Source: Octopus bimaculoides
Lineage: Eukaryota
Assembly (NCBI RefSeq): GCF_001194135.2
Contig: NC_068990.1
Location: 16,199,937 to 16,263,936 of the forward strand
DNA length: 64,000 nt
Direction of reading: 5' to 3'
Below the pieces are notes generated by a model. It saw only the letters and a list, made by a program, of their open reading frames with translations. It was not told the DNA's origin and searched no databases. This document shows positions 1 to 14,185 of this stretch, in pieces. Both the position numbers and the translations under genes were made by a program. Every line of letters begins with the position of its first letter. The first letter of the stretch is position 1.

Positions 1-38
<38 letters not shown>

Positions 39-572
39 TCCTTAGAGTGAGAATAGAGATAGAGATTATCCAAATGAATGCAAACAGTTCTTGAGAAGAC
101 CAATGTTTGATTGAAAGCTTGTACTATTTCAATATTGTTCATGTCACTAGAATCTACTTAGATGAACATGTACATAAAGTTTTGGTGGGCAACTTTTGTA
201 AGACAAAGTAAATGGGAAGTAGGTCTCATCTTTTAGTTTATGATATAAGTTTCTCTTTCTTTAGTTGAGATGACAAAAGATTCCCTAAGATGCACTGATT
301 TTACTAGTGGAAACTGGTGTTAATCACAACTCTAATTAGGGTCTGACTCTGAACAATGTATGTATCTTAGAGAATATTTAAAAAATTCCAAATAATTATA
401 AGCACTTCTCTATAAAATGAAGCTGAAGAGGCAGGGATGGCTGATTAGATAGTGCATAGTCCACATCTGGTCCCCTGACCTATTATTTACTTCTTAAGCT
501 GTACTTCTTTAACCTTTGTCGTTGAGCCTTACCTGCAAAGCAACAGTCTCAAACATAGGAAAATAAAGTTCC

Positions 573-779
573 TTAACCCTTTTATTACTATATTTCTGCT
601 CAAATACACTACTTTTGTTTGAATTGATTTTGAAAATGAAGAAGAATTTAGTGAAACAACTTTGTCATTATGAATATAAATCAACTTAAAATTTTGATGG
701 AACAATTTAGTTTAGAACACTAAAGTTTATATCATTAAACTAATAGCAGTTTCAGATGGGTTGGTATTAAAAGGGTTAA
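573..779 (+). mobile_element. piggyBac-type MITE, family A (about 205-225 bp)
   Basis: ttaa-ccctttt ... aaaaggg-ttaa termini. The body is shared with many copies in the window. Confidence 0.85.
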
Positions 780-1565
780 GACTAATCTAGAGAAAAATCC
801 CTGTAGCACAGACTTTCCTGTAATGGACAATTCTAGAGGAATATATGGAATGTGCAAGTAGAAAATATGACAATGGAAGGAATTCAGAACTGGGTGATGT
901 ATGAGAAAACAAAACATTATTGAGAAGATCTTTCACTAGTCCTATTTGTAGCAGTCAATGTAGATTTTGTGTTATATTGTGCAGTTACATAAAGGCCATT
1001 ATTAAATGTAAGAATCACAAGGTGTGTGTTAGTTGTTACTGTTTAACCCTAGGAGATGCTTGAAACTTTTCAGCCAAGACCAACTCATCCTTGTTTCAGA
1101 CTGTGTGTGTGTGGGGGGGGGGGGNNNNNNNNNNGGGGGGGGTATTTCTTGTGCATACAGTTTGATGTATGACAACTACTATTGAGTTCAGAGTTCTGCA
1201 TAGATTATCATCATCAACTCTGCTTCCAGCATGATGATTTAGTTACTGGTTATGATATATGGAGCAGACGGAGAAATTATGATAAACCCAAGTTTATATC
1301 AATTGTTCCCTATGTGTGTTTCACCATTGTGGTTAAGGATCCAATTGCATTTGGAGTATCCAATGCAGAGGTCTCAAACAATCACATTGGTGAAATGTAT
1401 GTAGGAATAAATGATATACACTTGTGTTTATCATAATTTCTCATATATATATATAGTCCCACTGAATGGTACCTTGTGTAAATGTTTACTGCTATAGCTC
1501 TGATCCTACGAAAACTTTGTGAATGGGTTTGGTAGAAGGAAACTGAAAAAAGCCTGTCACATACA

Positions 1566-1606
<41 letters not shown>

Positions 1607-2137
1607 TTCTCCTTGTTTTGACATAATGTGTTAGTTGTGAGTGAGTGTCACCATCATTGCAGACAATGCCATTTGCTCCCAGTTTCCATGGAAACATGTC
1701 TGACCAAGGGGAAATATTACCTTACTTCAAAACAAGTGGGGGTTGGCCACAAGATCATCACCTAGTTGTAGAAAATCTGCCTCAACAAATTCTATCTGAT
1801 CCATACAAGCATGGAAAAGTTAATGTTAAAATGTTTTCGCTCTTCAAAATCTAGTTTAAACCATTTCTCTCCGTTAAAAATGTTTTACCACCCCTATGTA
1901 CTTTTGTTATACACTTGGACTAACATCAATAATATCTTCTGCATTGCATATGCCATCCCATCTAGCCTGATGATCGAGAAGGCGAGGTGCCAGCTGCAAT
2001 AATGATAAACAACTTTCACACCCTTGGTATTAATTAGTTTGGAACTTCTAATCGGTACCTAAGTACACTGTATACACATGCATGAACACATTTCTATATA
2101 TGTATCTACGTGTGTGTGTGTATAATATATGTTTGTG

Positions 2138-2176
<39 letters not shown>

Positions 2177-2554
2177 ATGTATATATTACCTATACTTCAT
2201 AATGTAATTCAGTGCCTTTTTCAATTATATTAATGATTTCTATCTGATAAAATGTTCGATAATATGCAAAGGAAAAATAAATGTTCCAATTCATCCTCCT
2301 ATTTAGAATTATATAAATATAGAAATTACACACGCAAATACGCATATTCCACTCCATCTTATGTTTTGACTTTTTCCTAGCTGTCATTATTCCCCGCCTC
2401 TTATCTTGTATATGTCCTTTAATATTTTACACACACACACACACACACGAACACACACATGCACGAACACACACACACATATTCCATTCCATCTTGTCTT
2501 TTTCCTGGCCAGCTTTATTCCCCATCTCCTACCTTGTGTATGTATATGTGTGTG

Positions 2555-2598
<44 letters not shown>

Positions 2599-3015
2599 CT
2601 CCTCTCTTAGAATTATACGTCATTTCCAACTATACTTTATTCCTTTGATTTATTTCACATGTGACAGCTTCCACTACCAACATACTTCACCTCTGCCTCT
2701 GCTAACTTATCTCATGGTTTAAAACATATCTTTTTTCGGTGAAAATTATATTTATGAGACATATTATTAAACTGTACGTTTTCTAGGTTTTTAATCATAC
2801 AAGATATTGCTTTTATCACAATTAAATAAATGTGGACAGTTAGACATTCTCTGCTTTTTTTTGTTGTCTTTTTGCTTCAACAATATCTTTACAACCTTGT
2901 GCTCACCTTCTCACATACATACTTTCACACTATCCACCTAATGATTACACATAACCCTGATGCTCTCTACCTCCTCTAATGCCACTATGTGTGTGTGTGT
3001 GTGTGTGTGTGTATA

Positions 3016-3049
<34 letters not shown>

Positions 3050-4005
3050 TCTCTTTCATGTATATATATACTTTTCTACATCTTTATATACCAAACATCA
3101 ACACTCTGTACCTTCTTAACTAATTTCAGTATATGCATGTATACTTACACATTTGCATGTCTATGCACATATATCATAATATACATGCATGTGCCCATGC
3201 ATACAAACACTTCATACCTCCTCTAACTAATGTCAACATCTCTATGCACATACACACAGTCTCTATACACATATGTACGCCACACTAACACATGCACACG
3301 TGTTCACTCTCCCAGACACAATTACACTCTTATACTTGCATCTATACACCCACCCAAAGTCAGTGAATGAGAGGAGGAATGGCCATCATCACCAACATGC
3401 TATCTGAGAACCCTCAGGAAGACAAGGAGAGTCTAGCAGGGAATGTATAGTTGTGAGGTTAAGCCATTTGGTCTGAACTGTTGCCAACCTTGTCATAGAT
3501 TTGGATAAAAGACATAATGTATGGAAAATTAGAATTGGTTAAAGGTACCAAGTACATATTTCTGGGAGTTTAAGATCTGGTGGTGGTGGTGGCAGTGATG
3601 GTGGTAGAGTATTTAGAGGGAGGTGCATCTGTTGGGTTGATGGTGATGGGATGGAGCCAATAGGAGTGAAGAAGTGGCTTTGTTTGAGAAGAAGGATTTT
3701 GATTAGAATAGCTGTTTCTTAATGTATCATCATCGTTCTACTTTCACTGCATGCATCAGATGGAATTTGTTGTGACAAATTTGTACAACTGGATGCCCTT
3801 CCTGTTGCCAACTCTCACTTGTTTCTGAGCAAGGTAATATTTCCCCATGGCCAGACATATTTTCTACAGAACAATGGAAGTGAATAACCCTGCTTGTATG
3901 ACTGATACTCATTTACAATCAACATGTGATTTCTAGACAAGGGTCCACACACACACACATACATGCACACACACACACACACATGCATGCACATGCGTGT
4001 GCACG

Positions 4006-4049
<44 letters not shown>

Positions 4050-4894
4050 ACTGGATATTTTCAGTTTATGTCAACTAGGTTTTCTCATAATGCTCTGATT
4101 GGCTCAGGGCTGTAGTAGAAGACACTTGTCCCAGGTGTTGTGCCGTCTGGTTGAATCCATGGCCATGTGGCTGGGAAGTAAACTTCATTATGTATATCTT
4201 TTTTTAATATATATATTTTAATCAGGTGGGTAGGCAGTTCCCATATAGAGGCCTTAGTGGAATTTAATCTTAGAATGCAAAGAGCAAGAAAAAGTACCAC
4301 AAGGCATCTGGTATGATATTCTTACAGTACCACCAGTCTATCATTTTGGATTGGTACTGTTTTATTGATTCCCAAAAGAATGTAAAGCATAGTTGCCTAT
4401 GATGGGATTCAAACTTCAAATGCAGAGAGTCAGAACAGATACTGTGAAATATTCTGTCTGGCAGGCTAACATCTCAGTCAAGTTGTCAATTATCTGTTGA
4501 ATTATTTGTGAAATTATTTTTCTGAGGGAGACTCATTGCTCTAGTATAATAATATATTAGCTGACAACATCCATGTGATGGGACTGAACTTCTATGTGGT
4601 TCGAAAGCGAACTTCTTGACCACACAACTAAACCTGCACCCATACTGTGTTTTCACCTATTTATTATGAATTTTGTGAGAGAATTTTAGCAGCATTAGTC
4701 ACCTTACAAGTCTCCAAACAATTGATAGAAGTTGTAAGTCTAATATCTAAAAGTTTCACCTGAATTTGATGATGTCAGCAAAATACATTTCTGTTGTTAA
4801 CAACTCTGGTGTATTTTCTCAGTGTTCTACTAAAATACTTCTTTACTATTTTTAGCTATTTCATTGTATTTCTGTTATTTACAAACATAACATA

Positions 4895-5342
4895 GGCTTA
4901 GCTATGGTTGTGTGGTTAAGAGATTTGCTTCCCAACCACATAGTTTCAGGTTCAGTCCCACTCTCTGACATCTTGGGCAACTGTCTTCTTCTATATTTCT
5001 GGGCTGAGCAAAGCCTTGTGCGTGTTTATGATAGACGGAAACTGAAAGAATCTTGGTGCACATGCATGCACACAAGTGTGTGTGCATGTGCTTATGTCTC
5101 GTCTTAACATTAAGTGATATTTGTAAACAAGAGTCACTGTTACGCAAACGATATCATTCTTTTCTAATTGTTCATGAAAAACATGTCTGGCTATGTGGAA
5201 ATATTATGCGGAAATATTACCTTACTTTGAAACAGATGCGGATTTGGCAGTAAGAAGGGCATTTGACTGCACAAAATCTGCATCAGCAAATTTTTTTCTG
5301 ACCCATAAATGCACGGAAAAGTGGATATTAAGACTGATGACA
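4895..5342 (+). mobile_element. Family B SINE head with RTE-type tail
   Basis: Head ggttgtgtggttaagagatttgcttcccaaccacat; tail ...aagaagggcat...ccataaatgcacggaaaagtggatattaagactgatga. Confidence 0.8.
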
Positions 5343-5411
5343 GCATAGTGACAATATTGGTATTTAGCCCCTGGTCATCCCTGATGTGCGAGTAAGGATT
5401 ATTATTATTTA

Positions 5412-6030
5412 TTAGGCACTGAGCTGGTGGAATCACTAAAGCATTGGGTAAAACTCTCTGATGCATTTCATCTGGCTTTTTACATTGAGTTCAGATCCTG
5501 CCAAGGTTAACTTTACTTCTCATTTTTTCAGTAAAATAAAGTTTTGGGGGTTGATGGTACTGACTAACAACACACCTAGTCATTATTGCTGACCTTATCC
5601 CTAAATTAGGAGTCAAAGGTTGTGAGCAGGTGAAATTGTTAACTTGTCAGGAAAAATGCTTAGTGGCCTGTCTTCTGGCTCTTTACATTCTGATTTCAAA
5701 TACCATCCTGTCAGAGCTAATAAAATAGATACCATTTGAGCACTGGGATTGATATAATCAACTAGTCTCCTCCCCTAAATTCCAGGTCTTGTGCCTATAG
5801 TAGAAAGTATTAGGGCAGCAGGCTGGCAGAATTGTTAGCATGCCAGACAAAATGCTTAGTGGTATTTCATTTGTCTTTGTGTTCTGAGTTCAAATCCCAC
5901 CAAGTTAAACTTTACCTTTCATTCTTTCAGGGTTGATAAAATAAAGTACCAGTTGAAGACTGGGTCAATATAATTGACTATCCCCTTCCCCTTACATTTC
6001 AGGCCTTGCACTTATAGTAGGAAGGATTAA
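5412..6030 (+). mobile_element. Three tandem family A SINEs (ggtgagctggcagaa head)
   Basis: Repeated ctggcagaattgttagcatgcc..aaaatgcttag...ctgagttcaaat...aagtaccagttga..ctggg...ccttgtgcc. Confidence 0.8.
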
Positions 6031-6700
6031 TATTTATACTGAAGAGTAGCGAACAAGACTATTGGTTATATTTATATGTTCTTTATATTTTTCCCCATCT
6101 TCAATCATTTTAATTTTAATAAACACACAATTTTAATGACTTTTCTTTTCCAATTCATTTGCACTCAATTTTGCTAATAATCTTACTTCGCATGCACACA
6201 CACACACACACACACATACATGTGTATAATCTGCATTTCATATATAACATCCATGGTGCCAAGAGAACTAGCAATACAGCAGTTTTCTATATTTCTTCCA
6301 CTAGCTCCAGGACTATCTCTCTCTCTGTTTCTCTCTCTCTGTTTCTCTCTCTCTCTCCTGCTATGAATAGTTCTTCCATTTCTAAAGTAATGTTTTTTTG
6401 TTTTAATTGTTTCAAATGCTCTCATCTAAAATACTTGTTCTAAATGCCTTTACATAAATGCTATTATGAAGTTTAAGTGTACTTAAAAAAGGTCAACTGC
6501 TGACAAATATATTCTTATTTAGATTAGAAGACCAAATATGTTAGATTCTATGCTTAGTTTTGCAAGCTTTAGCTATAAAAGTAAAAACAAAACAGAACCA
6601 CAAAATGGTAAAATGTTCTGTATTTGATATCACCATTACACACACGTGTGCATGCACACACATTCACACACACGTGTGCACGCACACATACACACACACT

Positions 6701-7000
6701 GTTGGTTGTGACAATGAGTGTTCCAGTTGATTTGGTCAACGTAAGAGTCTGCTCATGAAATTGAAGTGCAAGTGGCTGAGCACTCCACAGACGCATTCCC
6801 TTCATGTAGTTCTTGGAGAGATTCACCATGACACACACAGAATGTGACAAGGCTGGCCCTTTGAAATACAGAGACAATCCATTTTTGCTGGCTGAATCGA
6901 CTGGAGCAACATGAAAATAAAATGTCTTGCTCAAGGACACAATGTGCCACCGGGAATCGAATCCATGACCATACGATTGTTAGCTGAACACTCTAACCAC
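6701..7000 (-). mobile_element. SINE family C copy
   Basis: Reverse-complement similar to 53942-54250, with a B-box-like gattcgattcccgg. Confidence 0.75.
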
Positions 7001-7499
7001 ACACACACATATTAATATCTACCCCTCTGTGTTGGCCCCTTGTGGGCAATAAAAAAAAAATCACACATATTGATATCTCTATTTACAAACATGAGTACAA
7101 CTAATAAGTCACACCCAGCCATCATTGGTCTGGGATTCACTGTGATTAAATAAAAAATGACTAGATGGTCATGGCTGGGATGCCTTTAAATGTAACCCTT
7201 TTGTTACCATATTTTTGTAGAGTATCACCAAATATTTCATTACAAGGTCTTTATATCATAAACTAAGACATGTTTGGTCAATTCATCATCATATTTTTTG
7301 ATCTGTAGAATAAATATGTTCCATTTTAATAATGGAAAAGAATTCCGAAGACAATAAATTCAAACTTCTGACCTAAGATGTTCTAGAAATCTTGACAAAA
7401 GAAGAATTACATAACAAAATAATAATGTGAAGACACTGAAAAACACATACACACCCATGCACGCGTGGGGAAAAGTTTAATAAGTTTTGTATTAGTTTA

Positions 7500-7720
7500 A
7501 TGCTTAAAATAGATGAGAAAGAGGCTTGACGTTTTTGGATGTTAGTCCATCATCGGAATAAAAATAAAAGTGTGGAAGGTGAAAAGTGACTGAGAAGAGA
7601 AAGGAAACAAATTTAGGATCCAGATGGGAATGCTGTTTGGAGTGGTGGGTAAGAAGGACGAAAGGGCAGGTGTATGCAAGCATGCACACACACACACACG
7701 CACGCACGCACGCACGCAAC
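7500..7720 (-). mobile_element. Decayed Penelope-like pseudo-LTR with hammerhead-like motif at 7528-7556
   Basis: The reverse complement reads CCGATGA-T-GGA(ctaaca)TCC-AAAAA-CGTC, with the same layout as 23100-23383. Confidence 0.45.
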
Positions 7721-9416
7721 CCCCCCCCCCGTTAATGCAGATACTCCATATTGCAAAAAGAAATACAAAGATAGTGCAACAAGAACTCAATGCAGCTATT
7801 CATGAGGCATCATTCAATTTATTTTTTATAGAATGTTCTTTTTCTTTCCTCTACTTAAAAATTGTATCTATATCTTTTCATCGTATCTTTTTGAGTCTTG
7901 TTTAAAAAATGATTTGGACTTTTGTTCCGTGAATCATCATCATTGTCATTTAATGTCTACTTTTCCATGGGTTAGACAAAATTCATTGAGGTAGGTTTTT
8001 TACAGCTGGATGCTCTTCAGACAGATAGTATTTCCCTGTGTTTGCCTAATAACAAATTATGTAAATGAATGAACTACATTTGAAGAAGTTTATTTATAAC
8101 TACATTATAAACTATGCTGTGCTAAACCAGAAGTGGTTTATTAAAAAAACCCTTTGCATCCATGATAGTTGGCACTGAATGAAGATAAGGTCACCATCAC
8201 ATCTGTTTTTCATGCCAACAGGGGTTGGATGGTGAGAAGATTCAGCAGGTCAGTGGACCACATATTGCTGCTGTGTTTCATTTTTGCTATAATTTCTATG
8301 GCTAGATGTCTTTCCTAACACATACTACTTGACATCATTTACTAAGTGCAATTTTTTTCATAGCACCAGCACTATAGAGGTTTCCATGCCATCGAAAAGA
8401 CTAAAGAGACCTCTCAAGTTTCAAGTTGTCACTGCTTGAATTGATTACTAATCAATCACTTATAGAGTGTACTGAGTTGTTTTGTGGCACCAACATTGCA
8501 GGGGTCATGTTGTGGCTTACAAAATGAAGAGTTTATTATAAACAAATTTGAGAAAAGGTAATTTATAATTAATGAGTGATGAGTTGAAATTCTTGGAGAA
8601 TGAAATTTGAGTTACATAAAATATTAATTAGTTAAAGTTTGGAATATCTCTCATCATCATTTCTCATTTAAATATATATGCATGGGTGTGTGTGTAGCCA
8701 CTTGCATGTTAATTTTATGAGTGGGATGTTCTGTTGATCAGATCAATTGGATTACCCGTCATAACCGATAGAGTACCAGAATATATATATATATATATCA
8801 TTCAACTATGGTAGTAGTTGAATGATATTCTTAACGTAGCTTTTTTGTCACAGTTGGCGTCTTCCAAGCAGTCTCACTAATTCAGTTGTAATTGAAATCA
8901 AATTTAGTTTTTTGAATTATGTTTGACTAATGATAAGCTACATTTATACACAAAATACTTAAAATCTGATGCAGTAGAGCAAAAGTGAAGAGAAAAAAGT
9001 ATAGACCAAACTGGTTGACTGACAAGTAGTAACCCCTGACATCGACACTTTGAATCCACACCATTCTTTTAATTTTGATTAAGAATTATTATATTAATAT
9101 GTAAGAGAAATGTTAAAGGAATATATTGGTAAAGGTTTCGTAAAATTTTATCCATTAGAAAAAAAAAAAAAAATTTTAATTCTCAAATTTTTATCAATTT
9201 TTGCGTGATATTAAAGGGATACTACTCATATATGAGCTAAACTATTTCTTAGGCACACACACAACAAAAGATAAAAGACAACACAAATCAATACAAAGAG
9301 TTCTAATATTTATTTTCATTAGTCTAAAGTATTTTTGTAAAGAATGAAACTTTTTTGCTAAATTTTTTGTAGTATGGCTTTTTAAAGTCCATATTTGAAT
9401 AAATTATTTTAATAAC

Positions 9417-9686
9417 NNNNNNNNNNNNNNNNNNNNNNNNNNNNNNNNNNNNNNNNNNNNNNNNNNNNNNNNNNNNNNNNNNNNNNNNNNNNNNNNNNNN
9501 NNNNNNNNNNNNNNNNNNNNNNNNNNNNNNNNNNNNNNNNNNNNNNNNNNNNNNNNNNNNNNNNNNNNNNNNNNNNNNNNNNNNNNNNNNNNNNNNNNNN
9601 NNNNNNNNNNNNNNNNNNNNNNNNNNNNNNNNNNNNNNNNNNNNNNNNNNNNNNNNNNNNNNNNNNNNNNNNNNNNNNNNNNNNNN
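9417..9686. other. Assembly gap (N run)
   Basis: 270 N. Other gaps are at 1125-1134, 10592-10601, 23384-23393, 39088-39097, 45384-45720 and 47444-47883, mostly inside microsatellites. Confidence 1.
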
Positions 9687-10518
9687 TATTCATTTGTAAC
9701 TTTGTCTCTGTACAGTACTGAAATTACAGTATGTACATTATGTCCAGAAAAGCAAAGTTGCAATGATTATCATTCATTTTTAATTTAATTTCTAAATGAG
9801 AATTACTCAAATGAAAAAAATCAAAATTTTGTTTGAATTTTCTTGGAAATTTTTCAATTCAAAATGACTGCAAAATTAAAATTTTACTATTACTGCAATG
9901 CCTGTAAAAACACTGGACTAGCCAATGAAAAATGCAGATGCATACTAGCAATATTCTTAACAATTAAACCTGGAAAAGTAGAGGACTAGGAAAAACTCAT
10001 TAAAATTAGAGCTTAAAATATTGCTGCTAAAATGAAAATTTTAAATTTGTTAATTTATTTATATTTTATTAATTCATATATATATATGGTGATTCTGGCA
10101 CTCAGTCTGTTCGGGCTTAGTCCAAGTATAAATTTAGTAAAGTGAGCGTGTATTTGTAAGCTGGTTTAATTTCTACCAACACTGACTTCAAGTATGTAAT
10201 TACAACCAATAACTCAGGCTAATACAAATGAGCCTGGTAGGTATAAAAGACTGACAACTCTTGTCAAGAGTACAGGCAACAATCAGATCACTGATGTTTG
10301 TTGTACACTCTGCTGTCGTTATTTGATTGCTGTTATTCTGTGTGTCAGTTGTGTTTTACAGGGTTGTTTTATTTTTACCTTTAAGGTAAAAGACATGGAG
10401 GAAGATATAAAAAAACAAGCCATTTGGGGCTAGAAACAAAGCGGAAAATATGAAATTCTTTGAGTGTCTTATGTGAAATCTGTGATGAACCTGAGTATTG
10501 CTAATGACCTGGAGTCAC

Positions 10519-10575
<57 letters not shown>

Positions 10576-10601
10576 GTGTGTGTGTGTGTATNNNNNNNNN
10601 N

Positions 10602-10648
<47 letters not shown>

Positions 10649-11097
10649 AACGCACGCACACACACACACTCAACGCACGCACACACACACACATACATAC
10701 ATAATAAATGGGCTAACAGCTGGGAGAAAGGCACATATAAGAGTGGTGATGTGAAACACCCCAGACTAAGGAAATCAGCAAGTGGTGCTCCAGCATGACC
10801 ACAGCCACATGGTTGAAAGGAGTCAAAGAGTAAAAGAGTATCTATACATGCACACATATTGATCAATAGATAGACAGACAGCCATATAGATATCATCATA
10901 AAAATGTAATTGTAATGCATTGCTCGTTGCTGTTGTCCTTTTGCAGTGGGGTGGGGAGAAGGAAAGATAACTTCGTTTTGTTTGTTTTCATCCCTTTAAT
11001 CCCTACAATCCATAAAAAAAAGAACTCTTATTCTGTAAAAATATGAATCACACATTTAAATTCAAGCAGCCTCCCATGCACACGCATGTACATGCGC

Positions 11098-11168
<71 letters not shown>

Positions 11169-11699
11169 TTTTGTACCATCACAAGTCAAATGCAACAATT
11201 TGAAGAGGTTAATAAATGCAAACCTTGAAAGCTGCATCAGATTACATTGTTTATACTCCACTTAAATATAAAGCCCAGCCATGACTCATTGGTAGACAAA
11301 TGACTCACAGAACTGGTTCTGTGAGTCGGTCAGTCCCATATACTATACTTCTTTTTCTATTGAAAATATATTATATTCTGCCTTCTCTTTCAAGGATATT
11401 TTTAGTCTTTTAAATGTTTGTTTCTAAAACCAGTAAGACTTGGTTCCTATAATTATTTATAACAGCTAACACAGAACTTTACCAATTTTCATTATATGCT
11501 AATGCAACTCAACTTATTTTATTTTATTTATGTTGGAATGGTTAGAGAATTCAGCCTTGTTGCAGATAAATGTTAAGTGTTTTGTTACAATATCTCTGTG
11601 CAAATGTCCTGTTAGGATTTCATGTAATTGTAGCCTCAAACAAATTTACTCTGTGCGTCTGCTAAATAACAACAATTCAAACTGACAATAGAATAATTA

Positions 11700-11905
11700 A
11701 CATCGTCTCTTTTGATACCAACCTGCATGAGATTGTTTCTAGTTCTAAGATACCAATTCCTTATTTTAAAGTGATCTATCAAAATTCCATGATAATGTGT
11801 TTCAAACACCAGGTTAATAATGATAAAGTTATTTTACTAAACTCTTCATTGTTTTCAAAATTAATTGAAACGAGCAGTTTATTTCAACAGAAACATAATA
11901 ACAAA
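11700..11905 (-). mobile_element. MITE family A copy
   Basis: Reverse complement of the family A body; termini are degraded. Confidence 0.75.
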
Positions 11906-12008
11906 GCAATGTTCAAAGACATCCCAACCATGGTCATGTTATCATATTTTTTGTGTGTGTTTGATCACAGTAAATCTCAGACTACATAATTCAATGATAG
12001 GGTGTGAG

Positions 12009-12535
12009 TTAACCCTTTCAGTATTGCCCTACCTGCGGCTGGCCCTGCTTCTACGAAATACACTTCCTATTTTAAGGTGATCTAAATTAAAATTTTCCAT
12101 AAAAAATTCATGTTACTTTATGTTCCAGACACCAGTTTGATAATGACAGTTAATGTATTTAGTAAAATAACTTTGTCATTACTAATCTGGTGTTTTGAAC
12201 TGAAATTAACATTAATTAATGATGGAAGATTTCAATTTAGATCACTTTAACCCTTTAACATTCACATTACTCTTTCAGATGGAATACTTATTTATTCACA
12301 TTGTTTTGAATTAATCATACATTATCTCATAGCTTTGAGATTTCAGTGATGTCAGTGTTTATTTTTACAATGACGTAGCAGAGTAGGTGTAAGAGGCTAG
12401 ATCTGGTTGGTGTGAGCATAAAACAGGTAGAATATTTGGGCCAGTTTTGGCTGGTTTAAATGCTAAAGGGTTAAAACAGGAAGTTTGTGTCATAGAACAG
12501 GTGTGGTTTCAAGTGGTATCAACAAGGCTAAGCCT
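12009..12535. mobile_element. Composite MITE: inverted family A halves with a family B MITE nested at 12247-12474
   Basis: A minus-orientation A half (12009-12150) is joined to a plus-orientation A half. The second family ttaaccctttaacattcac...tgctaaagggttaa is inserted at agatcact|ttaa|aacagg with TTAA duplicated. Confidence 0.75.
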
Positions 12536-12592
12536 CATCTTATAAAGAGAATTTCAGGAACATTAATAGAACTTTTTCTACTTTCATTGCAG

Positions 12593-12662
12593 GTTTATGA
12601 AATGACAACACCATCATAATCAAGGGTTATATACCACCTTACCTTCTGGAGTACTTTTAGCT
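12593..12662 (+). other. Sulf1: 5' UTR part of first coding exon of Sulf gene
   Basis: Pyrimidine tract and acceptor ctttttctactttcattgcag ending at 12592, 70 nt upstream of the ATG at 12663. This implies a further upstream non-coding exon, which was not located. Confidence 0.7.
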
Positions 12663-12882
12663 ATGATTTGGACATTACTTTTAACCAGACTTGCACTTAT
12701 CACGTGCTTTGTATTGCTCTTCTGTTGTCTGACAGTTGCCCGATTGACTAGGATCCAAACTCTACGGAGACGTGATGAGGCTAAGTCCAAAATATCTCAT
12801 CAACGTTTGCTTCGATTAAAAACTCGCAGTGAGAAACCAAACATCATCTTAATTCTTACAGATGATCAAGATGTTTTACTTG
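12663..12882 (+). CDS. Sulf1: Extracellular sulfatase Sulf1/2 homolog, coding exon 1 (signal peptide to PNIILILTDDQD)
   Basis: MIWTLLLTRLALITCFVLLFCCLTVA is a hydrophobic signal-like start, followed by KPNIILILTDDQDVLLG (sulfatase N-terminal metal-binding motif). Donor G|gtaagt at 12883, phase 1. Confidence 0.93.
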
Positions 12883-13530
12883 GTAAGTTGGTGCTTAAAT
12901 GAATCTTTATTGATTTATTCATTCTTTCATTGTTGAGCCATAAGATAGCTCCAATCAAGCCATGCCCATCCACCATTTGTTTTATTTATTTAACCCTTTG
13001 TTTATCCAAGCATTTTTGTAGCTTTGTCCTAAATATCTATACTTGTTTTTAAACTTCTAGTTAGTCCTTGTTTTATGCATTCTGGAATTCACCTTCTTTT
13101 TATAAGTCCCAAGTTACTCTGGTAATAAGAAAAAACAGGGGGAATATGTATCATATATAGTGTATTGGGAGAAAACTATATTATCCGGTGTTGACTTTTC
13201 TCATTTTTTAAATTACAGAGGGATGATTTGAGGGAAATTTTTCTGCTATTTTTTTGCAGCTTTAGCTCTGTTCTGTTTGTTTCAGGTTCAATCCCACTGT
13301 ACAACATTTTGGGCATAAGTCTTCTATTATAGCAAGTTGATGCAGGTAGTTTATTCCATCCCCCTCCAACTTTTAGTTCATGCAATTGAAAAACTGCATT
13401 ATTTATGGGATGACCTAGTATTACTTTTCTTGGAAAGAGGTGATGGTTGTCATTAGGAAGGGCATTCAGCCATAAAAAATCTGCTTCAACAAATTCTGTG
13501 TGACTATGCAAGCCTGAAAAAGTGAATGTT

Positions 13531-13564
<34 letters not shown>

Positions 13565-14185
13565 GGCGGTGGCGGCGGCGGCATATCCAAAGGTTCCACA
13601 AATTTGCATTTGTTAGTGAAAATTTTTGGTGTAAAATGTATTTCATAATAATTCTACGAGTGATTATTATTTTTGTGTGTGTCATTTTGATCTTATAGTT
13701 GTTTAATGGCTTACAACAATTTCTTGATTTTTTTCCCCCCTCTAAAATGGGAAAAAATTGGATAGAAAATAACTTTTGGAATAATAATTAGAATAACAGC
13801 TGGATGTGTCCTTCCTGCCACTAATTACTTCTCCATAGACCTCTTAATCATCCAACAAATTGTGGCAGATAGATTTAATATTCCTTCTCTAGGCGTATGC
13901 ATATTGGCTGACATGAGGTTTGAGCTTATGATCATGTATCAGCATCCTGATTTTCACATAGAACTAACCATATGCTCAGAGCCCGTAGATTGCTTGGAGA
14001 CACAGGACATGTTATAAAACCTGCTGAACATGTCTTAATAACAAGATACTTTTAGTAGCCCTTATTGTAATACAGTGTATATTAAGTAATATTTATCTCT
14101 CACTAGATGGAGTATTTTTTTTTTGATCTTACTTTAACAGAACAGTAAATTATATAATATGTGTGTTTGTGTGTACATGGACTCA

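Noticed and set aside
2290-2620. Degenerate ~70-bp direct repeats separated by (CA)n resembling a spaced array
   Set aside because: Only two decayed copies in eukaryotic low-complexity DNA. This is an ordinary local duplication, not CRISPR-like.
3330-3720. Possible Penelope GIY-YIG relic on - strand
   Set aside because: The resemblance is marginal and no intact motif is visible.
10087-10375. CCAAT/TATAAAA-containing stretch as the Sulf promoter or a solo LTR
   Set aside because: The motifs are expected by chance, and there is no TG...CA pair, TSD or transcript evidence.
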